The position numbers and the translations under genes were made by a program. Source: Takakia lepidozioides (Eukaryota > Plantae > Bryophyta). Taken from it: a stretch of 64,000 bases of DNA. The stretch lies in assembly GCA_030704615.1 (NCBI GenBank), contig CM060734.1, positions 59,024,001-59,088,000 on the forward strand, given 5' to 3'. The notes under the pieces are model-generated. The model made no database searches, was not told where the DNA came from, and saw nothing but the letters and a program-made list of their open reading frames with translations. Each line of letters begins with the position of its first letter. Position 1 is the first letter of the stretch. Shown here one piece after another: positions 1 to 12,760 of the stretch.

Positions 1-3000
1 TGGAAAGCGGGATGCCGACTATGCGACTCTTTCTTGGCAGGGGCATCGGACCCCTGTGACTGCAATTGCTGTCACTTCCTATGGTGGGTCTGGAAGCTTT
101 GAACTATCTGTTTGATTATCCTATAGGACTGTAACCTGGGAAGTGTGATGAGTCTCTTTTCATGTTTATCTTTCAAAGCTTATCACACATTTTTGTTTCC
201 AGGTGAATTATGGACAGGATCAGAAAGTGGTTCAATGAAGGCCTGGCCGTGGGAAGTTGTATCACGTGGCCTTGTAAGTGGGCCAGAAGGGGACCATACA
301 ATGGCTGCCTTTATGGCTAGATCATCTGTGCTGCTGAGGGGGCCAATGACTGGCTCATCTCACACTGAAGTACGGATTCTTGTGGTTGAGCATTCAGCTG
401 GACGCATTTGGGCTGGGGGGCTTTATCACATTGCATTATGGTATACCTCTCCTCAAATCCCTGTCTATCTGGGTATACTCTTGTTCTGATTTAATGTCAA
501 CCCACTCAGAGCTTATCACTAACCTAGGCAGAGTTTCATGTTAGGTCATCTTGATCAAAGCATGACAACTGGGAGTGAGTTGCATCTCTCTCTCCCTCTC
601 TAAGGAGGACGGTTTTTCCGTCTATATAGATCATCCCCTTCTTATAAGGCAATTTACGGACGTGGTCATCTCCTACACCATTTCCATACCTTGTATTACA
701 GGGATGCAAGGACAAGGGAGGTCATGAAGGTGTTGGGCGCAATTGTGCTTTCAGAGCCCAGTTCTGGAAGCCAACAGTTTTCACAGGGGACCGAACTTCT
801 TTTGGAGGAAGATGGCCGAGCTGGATATGCAAAAGTGTCAAAAAAGGACAAGAGCCCTGCGAGCTGGCTGCAACGTTCTAAGAATGCTGTTATGGGGGCA
901 GCTGAAGCTGTCCGTCGTGCAGCGGATAGAGTGGGGCAAGTCTCAGAGGAGAGTAGACGATTGGAGGCCCTTGTGGCAGCAACTGATGGAACAGTTTGGA
1001 GTGGGTTAAGTAACGGTCTACTTGTCCAGTGGAATGGAGAGGGCACTCGCATCAAGGAGTTGCATCTGCCACATGTGGCATCGGCAATTAAGTGCATGGT
1101 AGCTGTTGGAAATCGTCTGTGGGTTGGTTATGCCAATGGTAGAGTTCAGGTATTTGGTCAGTTCTTCTTTCTCTCTCTTGCTCTCCGTATGCTTAGCTTC
1201 TCACACTGCTGTGTGACTGCAGAGTCAACCACACCCAGCTGGACACATCTGTGTCAGGTAGAAGGCCACTGTAGCAATGCAGACATCTAGATCGCACTTG
1301 CTGCAATGATGTCAATGCCAGCATTAAGTCAACCTTAAATCCCCTGTAGTCAGCTGTATGCAAGGGTTGGTAGTTTTGTGGGTACAGTCTCTAGGGCAAT
1401 CTTGAGGGCATACCATAGCCAACCGCCGCACGGAAGGGTCAAGACCCTTTCACCGCTGTTGTCTGTTCCATCCAACTGAGTGTGCCGTCCAATCATCAAA
1501 TGCTTTTCTTCATTTGTCTATTTCTTCCTCTTGCATAGCTATTGAACTTCAATCACTCAAATTTTCTGGGTCACTTCTCTCTTCAGGTTAGTGACTTGTT
1601 CACGAATGGGAAGGACTGTCAGAGTCACAGTGTCTTGTTTATTTGTTCCACAATAGTCAAGAGAAAGATTTATGACTCGTGAAAGACGGCTGTAGGCAGG
1701 TGAGGCATTTCTCATATGTAATCTTTGACCAAGAGTTCGCTTTGCATAACCTCAACCCTCATTTTACAAAGTTTGCCAAGGACTATCAGACTGATGAGAA
1801 AAACCTTCAATAGATACACCGAAGTTGAAAACACGTCGAAAAGTGCGCAGGTTGTCAATTGCAGTGGTGGTTCACTGGGAGCATGGCGTGCCCATCATTC
1901 ACCTTTGGTCCAGATGGCAAGAGGTGGAAACTTTGTGTTCACACTGGCAGTGAATGGGGGGATTCGTGGTTGGCATGTTGCATCCCCGAGCCCACTTGAC
2001 GCCCTTCTTCATTCAGAGCTGGCCTCAAGAGCTGGCGCTTACACTCAGCAGCAACGTCTCAGGTATGATTGACAGTTGAACTTTTATTCAGAGGAGATGG
2101 ATGATAGGGTTTATCTGTTCAAAACTCTGAACTAAGATATCTTACACCCTAGGATTAGAATCCTTTCCTGGAGAACCTGTGGCAGCTGGCCAATCGTAGT
2201 ACTTTCAGTTTGTTGTCCATCTGAGACTGGTCCTTCTCAACAATGTGTTGTTACTGCCAGTTTTCCTTTTGGGGGGTCTGGGCATGAGAATGATAGCAAA
2301 GAAAGAAAGAGAGATTCAAGGATACAGTAGTTGCAATCTTCAGTAGAGGAGTACCCGATATATCAGGATTTTTTATCATTTTGGCGTGCCAACTAAGAGG
2401 AACGAGTGGGAGAGTCTAATCCCATGGTATTATTTGTTGTTGTAATCCCAGGGTGATGGCTGCCACCTGGAATGTGAGCCAAGATAAGGTCTCTCAACGA
2501 TCCCTCCAGACATGGCTGGCAGGACCTGCAGCAGATGCAAGCATAGTGTTTGTGGGGCTGCAGGAGATGGAGATGGGAGCAGGCGCTATTGGCATGGCAG
2601 CTGTGAAGGAAACTGTAAGTGCTAGTTGCACCTCTCTTAAAAGTCTTCCATGGTCACCATACATGGTTTCAGTTGCAAAAAATGTTTTTTAGTCAATGAA
2701 ATTCATCAAATTCATGGTAGAATTTTGGCGTTCTTTGTGGTTGACGTAGATGTATCCAATCACTATTGCAAATGATATGCCGTGGCTCTAGTGGCATCCC
2801 ATTGTAAAGCCTCAAGCACAAAATTAACTGCAAATCTAGACAGAAAGGGTAGCCTTGAAGGTGAAGTCGCGGGCAATCTGTGCAAGCCATTCATTTTCTA
2901 AGTGGGTCTGATATTTGTTGTAAATTCGACATACAAGTCAAGTATTTCAATGATCACGTTTCAGACTCATGAGTTATACTTATGTCCTACACAGGTGGGT

Positions 3001-6000
3001 CTTGGCCTTCAAGATAAGGGTAGTTCAAACGGCCAATGGTGGTTGGATAGTATCGGTGCCATGATTGGTGGGGGAAATGAGTTTGAGCGAGTGGGCTCAC
3101 GACAGCTAGCAGGACTGCTTGTTGGAGTCTGGTATGCACTTCTTATGCACTTTATTGGTGAACCAGAGTCAATTGTTTTCTTGGGGTCTCCACCTTAGAT
3201 GACCTTATCAGATCTCTTCAGGACTTGCGCGAGTGGAGGTCAGTACGTCAAAACTGGCAGAAACATGAAATCATGAATTTTCTTCTCCGAATGTTAGATG
3301 ACCACCATTACTTTGAAAGCTAGTTAGGGATTCTGCCTTTCCAGTAGGGCTAGAAGGATAGTAGGTGACAGGAAGATAGTCAAGCTCTGTTTCTCCAGAG
3401 CATTTTAGGGCCAACAAGTGAGTTCTGGAAGTTATATTGCTACCTGCTATATTGGGAGAATGGCCCTAGGAACAGTGCAAGTCTTGGTGTCTACTTCCCA
3501 TGCAATCCAATGTCATCACCTATTGGTACTTTGAAGATGGTGCAGGGTGAGAAGGACTTTGCTTCCGCATGTTGGAGATGTGGATGCAGCAGCTGTGGCC
3601 TGTGGATTTGGACGTACTTTTGGTAACAAAGTAAGCCAATTAACTGCCCTTGTGTTCCTCGAGGCATTTTGGACAAATAGTTAGAATTATACTTAATGCA
3701 GGGAAGGGAGTAGCTAAGGGTGATCTGGGTGCAGGAATTCCTCTCCATAAGGTAAACTTCATTCAAAGATGATTCCAGATCATGTGTCCTTGCTCTCCCA
3801 CTAGCTTAATCTCTGCAAGAAATCATGGCCATTTGCCCAGTCTGGACAGTTGGTCAATCTTATGTTAGAACAATTCTATTAGCACTAATGTCTCACCGAA
3901 TGGTCGATGACTTGGGTTCCATCGTACACCGTGGTCCAAATGATTATTGCCATTGTATACCGCTGTTTGTTGGTGGAAGGAGGGACCAGTTTTCGGTTCC
4001 TTCCCTCATATATGCACAAATTGAGCTAGAGTTGAAGGTTGTGTTCTGTGATTGGGGGGATTGCAGGGAGCAGTTGGGATCAAAATGACAATCTTTCGGC
4101 GGACAATTTGTGCTGTGAACAGCCACTTTGCAGCACATCAGGAGAAAGTTGCTAACAGGAATGCTGATTTTGAATACGTGTACAATCAGATGGTATTTAC
4201 GAACAGGACAGGTGCAGTTGCTACTGCTGCTGCAAATACCACAACAGGTACTCTCTTCTTCTGGTTTAACACGTTAATCTATTCGACATTGTAAGTAGGT
4301 GACTAGTGGTCTGCAAGTATGTGTCAGCTACATATTGTGTTGATGTCATATTTCTAAGAAGTGTTTTTGTCTGGATGTTTCTACATTACTGTAGTCTATA
4401 AGCTTGTACATTTTACCCATACATCGTTATCATGTGTACAGATCTGTGGTTTAGCATAGGGAGAAGTGTTCGTATGTGTGTATATGTACACGTACATTAG
4501 TGGGAATGAGCACAATTGAATTTGTGTGCAGGGATGTCATTAGCAGTGCAGAGTATCCTACAAAGAAACAGTCGTAAAAACACTCAGAGTGCGGAGTTAC
4601 CAGCAGATTTTGTGGAAGGAGGAATTCCCTTACACACGGTACCATCTGGTTGTCTTTGGTTGTGTACCCAAAGTATATTTTCGCGCTGTTGGCTCAATTT
4701 TTCCTTCGACAGTGTATGTTGGTGGATTCAGGTCAAAGTTGTTGCTTGAGGACATTGGATTGCTCTGTAATTGGTCGATATCTTTTTGGGATTTGAAAAG
4801 GAAAAACTAGAGGTATAGTTTGCAGTGTATCTTTCTTCACACCAGATATTCATGATTTGGAAACTGAAGAAAAATACATCTCCACATTTCCTTGTTGCCG
4901 TCCGTGTCTTTGTTTTATGGTTGTAATGGATTTCTCAGCAGGTATGATTCAAAATCAACGTACAATGCCATTGTACCAAGTGATATAGTATCTTACATTT
5001 AATGTGGCAATATACTCTTAGTATGACATTGTTGACAATATCGTGTTGTCTTAACTTAGCCAATACCAAAATAGGTGGGAGAAGTGGATAGAGAAGATAC
5101 ATTGTGGCTGAATAGAACGAGTACTGAAGAGGACGAGGGTGTGTGCAGGAAACCGAAGTTGTGGGGGAGGCAATCATGCCCGACCTCTCGCAGGCTGACA
5201 TGCTGGTTTGGTTTGGGGACTTCAACTACCGAATTGATGTCTCGTTTGAGACAGCTTTAGATTTAATAGCGCGAAAACAGTTTGATGTGCTGGTTTCCAG
5301 GGACCAATTGCGGAATGAGATGAGTGCTGGGCGGACGTTCCCAGGCATGCGTGAAGGCCTTATAAATTTCCCACCCACATACAAGTTTGATCGAGGAAGC
5401 CAATGTATGTGATGTTTGTATTTCATGCAAAGCAGGTCCTTAATTGTATGTCGATGTAGGGGTGTTGATTGAAAAAGACACAAAGCTTACAAACTAGACT
5501 CCCTAACCTTGGTTCTTACAATTATGTTTGCAGCATATGATACAAGTGAGAAAAGAAGAATACCTGCATGGTGCGACCGTGTAGTATTCCGGGACAGCTT
5601 TGATGGCAATGATGTGTCCTGTGCCAGCAAGCTTTCACGACCTGCAAAAGCCTCAGTTATTGGGTATGTACAATTGATTTTCTTCGATCTACAGTTGATT
5701 GCTGGAATCATAACTAGTGCAAAGCTATGGAATGGACCCATGACTATCATGAGATTTCATTGGTGATGTAACTGTTCTTGGTTGATAATACCAAGGCGTG
5801 CCTTGTCATTGTCAGTTGTACGTCAGCGGAAAATTTGTAACCTCTACCTTTTTGTCAGCTATTTTGAGAAAAGTACACACGAAATAAGAATTGGTATTGC
5901 ATCTTGCAGGTATGAGGCATGCATGGAAGTAATGGATAGCGACCACAAACCGGTGCGTTGTCTGCTCAATGTAGACTTGGCAGTGATTAATGAGGGTGCC

Positions 6001-7130
6001 CGTCGTCGTGAGTTTGGGGCCATCATGCACAACCACCCTCACATCCATAAAATTTTGGAGGTGTGTAACTTTGTTCCAAAAACCAGGGTGAACAGAAACA
6101 TCGTCATTTTGGAGGATAGTGGGCTCTGTGGATTGCATATAGAAAATGAAGACCAGAAGCGTTCCACAAGTTTTATGGTCCACTGTGAAGGGGAGCCTGG
6201 TGGTGGACAATGCCCTTGTGGAAGCCATAGCAGCACCAATACAAGCAAGGGTCAGTCCCCAAGAGGTGGATATGGCTTCCCACAATGGCTACAGGTAAAT
6301 ATTGTAGATCCTGTTTTGTGTCACACTCTGCTATGTACTTCCTCCAGCTTGAAAGTGAAACTTCCCACAGCAGTTCACGCGTGCAATGCTCTGATTTCTG
6401 CACATCACAATTTCCCTTTTGCAATCTAAATAAGAGTAAGGTAAATTCTTTATCTGGAAGGAGAGTGTATGGAGATGAGGGATGTGCAGCCGCATAAATT
6501 CTGTGTGCGAACCAGTAGCTCTCAGGAGGCTGTCAGGAATTGCATCTAGAGGGAGGTTCTCAGGATTCCCTGCCAAATGTGGTCAAATGTGAAAGATACC
6601 TAAAAGCACCAATTTGAATGAAGAGTGACAGGGTAGACCAGTTACATGCAATGAGGTTATTTGCTCAAATCCGTCAGCACCTTGTAGAAGGATGTTTATG
6701 GAGGATACATTCCTTTTCCTCACCTTAGAGGTCAGACATCAACTGAGGTCTTTATCCATGTTATGGTGTGTTTGATGCCTAGGTCTACCCAGCTTGTGGT
6801 GTGATCCAACCCAACGATAGTGTAGATATCTGCATACGGTTTGCGGGCCCTGGGCCAGCCATGGAAGACAACTTGGAGATTACATACGGGCAGCCAAGCT
6901 GGTGGGGGACTGACCAAAAGGAGAAGGTGGTCGTGTTGGTGGTCACTTTGAGAGGGGCACTTTCTACAGCAATTCGGCAGCATAGGCTTTGTGTCTGTAA
7001 GGGGCCTGCTTCTGGGTTTTGGCGCCCGGCACAGGTGCTTGCAATTACACATCTGGTTTCCTACCTCAGCCTTCTCTTAAATTGGATGCAAGTTGTAGAG
7101 ATTGTACTCATAAGACGTTGTTTGCCGTAG
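1..7130 (+). CDS. Type II inositol polyphosphate 5-phosphatase with N-terminal WD40-like region (5PTase12/13/FRA3-like); multi-exon, 5' end outside window, 3' end approximate
   Basis: Exons read in order: [26 protein letters not shown] (1-440), WDARTRE...VWSGLSNG...LWVGYANG (702-1149), AWRAHHSP (~1851-2063), ATWNVSQ...[11 protein letters not shown] (~2452-2614), GQWWLD...RQLAGLL (~2995-3131), [20 protein letters not shown] (~3546-3630), GAVG...VNSHFAAH (~4067-4247), catalytic WFGDFNYRI...FPPTYKFD (~5148-5406), PAWCDRV (~5533-5663), SDHKPV (5910-6294), C-terminal exon from ~6783. GT-AG boundaries flank these. Confidence 0.92.
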
Positions 7131-10100
7131 CCTTGTGGCCATTGATGAGAAAAGGCCAGGTAAGCTACATATGGGTTATAGGTCTGTCCATGTGTGGCTC
7201 TTTGGTATGGTAACAAAATCCCTTCACAATCAGTGAGAACAACAATAAATGAAGGTTTTCAGCTTTGTTTCTTGTCTCAGATTTAATGATTGTGTAACAA
7301 CGAAACTGCACATGTAGCAGTAATGTTTCTAAGATCGAGCAGCTATAAGATTGAGCAGCTATGTGTTAGCAATTTGGAGGAAATTGGTGCTTGGATGTGC
7401 ATGCTTGTGACTCATTTTGGAATCATTGATGGTGTTGGATAACTAAGATTGACAATGAAGACACCTTTCAACTCGCAGTGAGTTTCTTCATTTGAAATGG
7501 CACTTAAATAGAGTATTGTCTGATCGGTATGATTGAAAATACCCTGCAGAGAGGCAGCAAAGAGCCTCAATTTGACAAAAGTCATTAGCCTTCTCCACAT
7601 CCTGAAGTGAGATACCTTTCAGCCCTCCTACACCCTTGTTTCTCCATAGTAGTTAACCAATAGCAGCATTTCAAGTAATCTTGAGCTATATGTGGAGAGA
7701 AATGTTCCTCGGCAATTCAGTTCAAACAATTCTGTTTATCATATGGCTTTCCTATTCCTCATGAATTAGTTAAGGAAACCTAGTAAATATTTTCCACGGA
7801 AATGTGGATCTATGCTGAAACAGGATAGAAATCCATCAGAATGGGGTTGTTGATGAGAGATTGGGCTGGTTACTGGTGATGTTGGTAGGGGAGAGAGATT
7901 GTGTACAGATATGTAAGGAATGGAGAAAAGCCGTAAAACCTTCACAGGATCTGTACTTATGATGGTGTAGTTCCTCCATTATGTTTAACATTAAATGAAC
8001 CATGACTTGCAGGATTGCGGTCTCAGAAGGGTATCTCAGGGGAAAGAGCGTAAGTTCTGGCTGCCACAGGAGAGAGAGGCCACCCCCACAGGATGCGCGG
8101 ATACTTCATGGGGCTTACACTCAAAAGCAGTACCTGATATACGGTGGTCATTTCAGGAGAAGAAAGACCATGGCCATGGCTGTCTTTCACAAGAGAGAGA
8201 ATGTTGACGGCTTCCTCCGACTAGGAGAAGGACCAGCTACTGGCTTTCTCTTCAACATGTGTAGAAGGCTCACCCTTGCACACCCAACAGAGGCGCATCT
8301 CAGAATGCATCTCAGAGTTAGTCTGCCTATTGTATCATGGGGCATTTGCTCAACTATGTATTGATAGTCAGAAGAGGTCGAAAAATTTGCTAATTCTCTG
8401 TAGGATTATTCATTGATCCCCCTATTCTTTCTCCAGTGGCTGAGGCCCCTTGGTGTAGCATCATGACTTTGTCGCCAAAGTCTTCCATGGATCCAACTTC
8501 AACTACAGCTTCAAAAGCTGAGTAAACTTTCTGGTTTGCTGCTTGATTCACTAAGGGATGATCTTCGTTGTCTGTACTCACAGCACATATCAATCAGTAT
8601 ATGACTTTCCATACTTGGGAGTGGACTGAAGATGCATGCAGCATAACAAGTGAGTGAAAATTATTCCAAGTGCTGCTGTCTTAGTGAGAGAGATGAAGCC
8701 ACTGAAGTGAAACTGTTCTCATCCACAACAGCAAAATAGCCCTACACCCGTGGGAGCCAGCAACTATATTAGGGCTCTCGGCCTCCTCATCTCCTTCGCA
8801 TTGCTGTGGCCGCCAGCCTCTCGCACGGAGGATTTCGCTTGGATATACTCCCGCTATGACGTTTGTAGAGGGATTTTGATCGTGGGTGCAGTTGAAGTGT
8901 TTGGATTTTTGGGTACCTGAGAGTTTTTTTCTTTGTAGCTTGAAAGGGGTTTGCAGGACCTAAAGGGGATGAGCAGATAGAGTGCCTGACTCGGCTACTG
9001 TGCTGTCTAGAGAGCCGCAGTGTATGAGCAGACATATGCCTCTACACCGATGCAGAATCTCTGCTTGGTTTGACGTCGTCTACTTAATTAAGCTGTGCTT
9101 GCTTTACAGGTAGAGAACTACTGACTTGTTCTGCTTGGTTGTTGAATGCTCCTCAAGTATCTTATGCCATGCGCACACGGGCGTTCCAGGAATCGTGGGC
9201 GGCCTCTTAGACACGGCTTGCCCTAGTTACTCTGTAGAAGTCACTAGAGAGAGCTTTTCCACGTAGAGCTCATCGAACGTGGGATGCTGGACGCAGGCTA
9301 GGCCGTTAATGGAACCCGACTTGGAACTAGGACTGATCAGTCCTCAAGCTTTGTCCCATCCCTGCTGTTGCAGCGTAGACTGAAGAGTGCTCGTGAAAGT
9401 CGATTGCCTAGTGATCATCCTACCTCGTGCCTCATAGCAAGGAGATGGGCATAGGATTCACCCCCGAAGGCATAGAGAGATGCAGAGTTCGTTGAGTCGT
9501 CCCAGCAATTTCATCCGAGCTGTTGACGAATTAAGAGCTGCTACATTCCTGAACCTCAGCATTGTCGTGCTTGATTTGAGGTCTCTTCGTAAATGTAGGG
9601 AAGACCCGCTGCAGCGTCAGGATGCCAACTAGTTCTCCTCTTCCATTCCTTTCTTCAAATGTACTTCTTACTATTGTGAGCTTTACATGGTATTGTGGGA
9701 AATTTTCAACTTGATCACATATATCTAATGTCCTGGCTTGGAACAGTAATCCTCTGGAAGCAGATGGGCAGATTCTGGATTTATGCCCAAAACTGACCTT
9801 CTGTGATGTCCTTTTAACTATACATCAAGTATCTCCCTAACTGTGCGCTAGAATACCTAAGGGGCAGACATCCGAGGACAGTTGAAGACGTGGAAGTAAT
9901 TGAAGGTGCATTAGCTGAGGCTGGGGCACATCAAGATGTAGTTTGAGATCACAGTTTACCGATGGAACGGATTGAAGAAATGATTGAAAAGACAAGTACT
10001 TCAATGGGGTTGACTGGACAGCCTAAACCTTAAAGGATCCTGGTTCTCAATCCGCATATCAGGAGTTCCTATCAGCAGAGCTGTCCCGTACATAGTGACG

Positions 10101-10561
10101 GAGCTTAAGCATCATGCTGGAAGAACTTTATTAGCGACCACAAGTACCAATGATGATTGCAACCCTAAACCCACCAGGAGAATGAACAAAATTGACTGGG
10201 GACAAACTGCGTCTCCGCATCAATTGTTACGTGAATCTGATCTTCGGTTCCATCCGTCACTGCATTGTAATGATGTAGCTCAACTTTCCATGCTTGTTGC
10301 GAATTACGTTTCGAATTCCGTCAGAGCGTGAGTGTGATTCGGATTTCACCCTTGAAAGCTTCGAGGAAAGAAAATTGCTGCCAAAGACAAGCAAAATCGC
10401 AGTACAGGGGACTTGCAGCTGGCATTCTTCCAAGTCATTACTTCGTAATCCTCGCTTCAATTCTCCCCTGTAAATGACCCAAACGGTCCTGCAAGGAGTG
10501 GCTGTTTCCCAGAGATCTTTGCGGAATGGTTGACTAAGGATTTGAACTCGTCATTTCAACG

Positions 10562-12469
10562 ATGCAGCTCAAGGCAGCAAACGCTCACTGTCTGTCCTGG
10601 GTCTTGAGCAAGATGTGCCCTGTGAGCAAGATGAACCGCACGCCTCTTGACCCACAGCATTGGATGCCTGAATCACCATGCTCAAGACCCTCCTTGCTGT
10701 CATGCAGGCAAGTGGGTTCGCAAGTCTGGAGTCAGCCGCAGATGGTTGTTGGGCATCAGAATGGGGGCAAAGTTACGACTGTTGGCATGGAAGCCATAGC
10801 CGACATAGGAAGAAGTCAAAGACGAGAAGCGGCAGGAGGGGAGAAGGAGAGTTTTGCAACTACTAGAGGTGATATGAGTTCAGTGCGCCAGGAGCAACGA
10901 TTGAAGGAGTCAGTGCAGCTGCTGGATGTTATGGAACAACGAGGCTTTCAGGCATATGTCGAAACCTGTTCTGGTCTCTTACAGCGGTGTACTAAGATGA
11001 AATCCTTGGCGGATGGCAAGGCCATCCACGCCCACATAATTAGTAGCGGGTTTGAGCCAGACACTTTCCTGGGGAACAACCTTGTCAGCATGTATGCGAA
11101 GTGCGGAAGAATGGTGGACGCACGCCGAGTGTTTGACAAAATGCCTGAACGGAATGTGATCACATGGAATGCGATGATCGCTGGATTAGCTCAGCAAGGG
11201 CAAGCTGCAGAGGCATCTCAATTCTTTCGGAAAATGCTACTTGAAGGCGTGCAGCCAAACAAGATAACCTTTGTGAGCATCCTCAATTCGTTTGACAAGC
11301 CAGTAGCTTTGGAGCATGGCAAGCAGCTGCATGCGGGCATAATGAAAGCTGGGTTTGAGTCAGACGTTCGAGTAGGGACTGCTCTCTTGAGCATGTATTG
11401 CAAGTGCGGGAGTGTGGCGGATGCGTGCAGAGTGTTTGAAAAACTGGGGGAGCGAGATTTGGTCGCTTGGACTGCGATGATTGCAGGATATGCTCAGCAT
11501 GGTCATGTACAGGAGGCTTTCGAACTCTTCCGGCAAATGCAAGGAGAAGGCCTGAAGCCAAACAAGGTCACTTTCATTTGCATCCTCAACGCATGCGCCA
11601 ACCCAGAAGCTCTAGAACAGGGCAAGCGACTCCATGCTGGCATCGTTCAAGCTGGACTGGAGTCAGATTTACTAGTGGGGAATTCCCTTATCAGCATGTA
11701 TTGCAAGTGCGGGAATGTGGTGAATGCGCGCCAAGTGTTTGACAACATGCCTAAGCGAGACGTGGTCTCATGGACTACGATGATTGCTGGCTCTGCTCAG
11801 CATGGCCATGGTGGGGAGGCTTTGGAACTCTTTCGGCAAATGCAACGAGAAGGCGTGAAGCCTGATGATGTCACTTTCAGTGGTATCCTCAACGCATGCG
11901 CCAGCCTCTCAGCCCTCGATTATGGAAAGTGGGTTCATCAGCTTCTCATCAAATCTGAGTTCGCATCAGATGTATGTGTGTGCAATGCCCTGGTTGACAT
12001 GTATGCCAAGTGCGGGGAACTTGGGGATGCACGGGAGGTCTTTGAGAAACTTGTCGATCGAGACGTGATCTCGTGGACTGCGATGATCATAGGATATGCT
12101 CAGCACGGGTATGGCAAGGAGGCTCTTCATCTCTTTCAAGGGATGCAACGGGAGGGGGTGAGCCCAAACGGGGTCACCTTCATTGGTGTTCTCATTGCAT
12201 GCAGCCATGTGGGCCTAGTGGATGAGGGCTGGCATTACTTCATGTCGATGAGGCGAGATCACAATATCACACCAACAAGAATGCACTACGGCTGTATGGT
12301 CGACCTGCTTGGGCGGGCAGGCCACCTGGAGGAGGCAGAGGACTTCATAAAAAATATGCCATTTGAAGCAGATGCTTCAGTGTGGGGGCCCTTGCTTGCT
12401 GCCTGCAGAGTCCATGGTAATGTGGATCTAGCAGAACGCATTGGATACATCCTCAACTTAGAACCGTAG
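10562..12469 (+). CDS. PLS-class PPR protein, ~14 PPR motifs ending P2-L2-S2-E1; truncated before E2/DYW
   Basis: 635-aa ORF with repeated L/S/P triplets (LVSMYAKCG, WNAMIAG, VTF...LNAC), then ACSHVGLVDEG, HYGCMVDLLGRAG, VWGPLLAACRVHGN; stop TAG at LEP*. Confidence 0.93.
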   Translation: MQLKAANAHCLSWVLSKMCPVSKMNRTPLDPQHWMPESPCSRPSLLSCRQVGSQVWSQPQMVVGHQNGGKVTTVGMEAIADIGRSQRREAAGGEKESFATTRGDMSSVRQEQRLKESVQLLDVMEQRGFQAYVETCSGLLQRCTKMKSLADGKAIHAHIISSGFEPDTFLGNNLVSMYAKCGRMVDARRVFDKMPERNVITWNAMIAGLAQQGQAAEASQFFRKMLLEGVQPNKITFVSILNSFDKPVALEHGKQLHAGIMKAGFESDVRVGTALLSMYCKCGSVADACRVFEKLGERDLVAWTAMIAGYAQHGHVQEAFELFRQMQGEGLKPNKVTFICILNACANPEALEQGKRLHAGIVQAGLESDLLVGNSLISMYCKCGNVVNARQVFDNMPKRDVVSWTTMIAGSAQHGHGGEALELFRQMQREGVKPDDVTFSGILNACASLSALDYGKWVHQLLIKSEFASDVCVCNALVDMYAKCGELGDAREVFEKLVDRDVISWTAMIIGYAQHGYGKEALHLFQGMQREGVSPNGVTFIGVLIACSHVGLVDEGWHYFMSMRRDHNITPTRMHYGCMVDLLGRAGHLEEAEDFIKNMPFEADASVWGPLLAACRVHGNVDLAERIGYILNLEP

Positions 12470-12760
12470 GATGCTTCTATCTATGTGCTGGTTTCAAATG
12501 CGTATGCTGCATCCGGCAGGTGGGCTCATTGATCAAAGGTGAGGAATGTGATGAAGGACAGATGTTTGAAGGAGCCAGGGTGCTGCTTAATTGAGGTTTA
12601 GAACAGGGCATCCACATTTGTTGTAAGAGGATAGATCACACCTGCAAGCTGAGGAGATCTATGTCGAGTTGGATGGATTAGTGAAGGAGGCAGGGTGGTT
12701 ACCCCGACAGGTGCTGTGTCTTGCATGATGTGGAAGGCCAAACAAAGGAACAAGTACCAC
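12470..12760 (+). pseudogene. Decayed E2/E+/start-of-DYW tail of the upstream PPR gene
   Basis: Reading past the stop gives DASIYVLVSNAYAASGRWAH*SKVRNVMKDRCLKEPGCCLIEV*NRASTFVV, then frameshifted EDRSH..AEEIYVEL..KEAG..VLHDVE; several stops and indels. Confidence 0.88.

Noticed and set aside
8700-10561. PDF exons upstream of the 10562 PPR gene
   Set aside because: No WWDNR or PDFxHK-like sequence found; only unassignable decayed coding-like sequence.
12467-12469. PPR stop codon TAG repaired by U-to-C editing or readthrough to give a full DYW protein
   Set aside because: The gene is nuclear and the downstream tail has further stops and frameshifts. The TGA at 53869-53871 derives from TGG, which U-to-C editing cannot restore.
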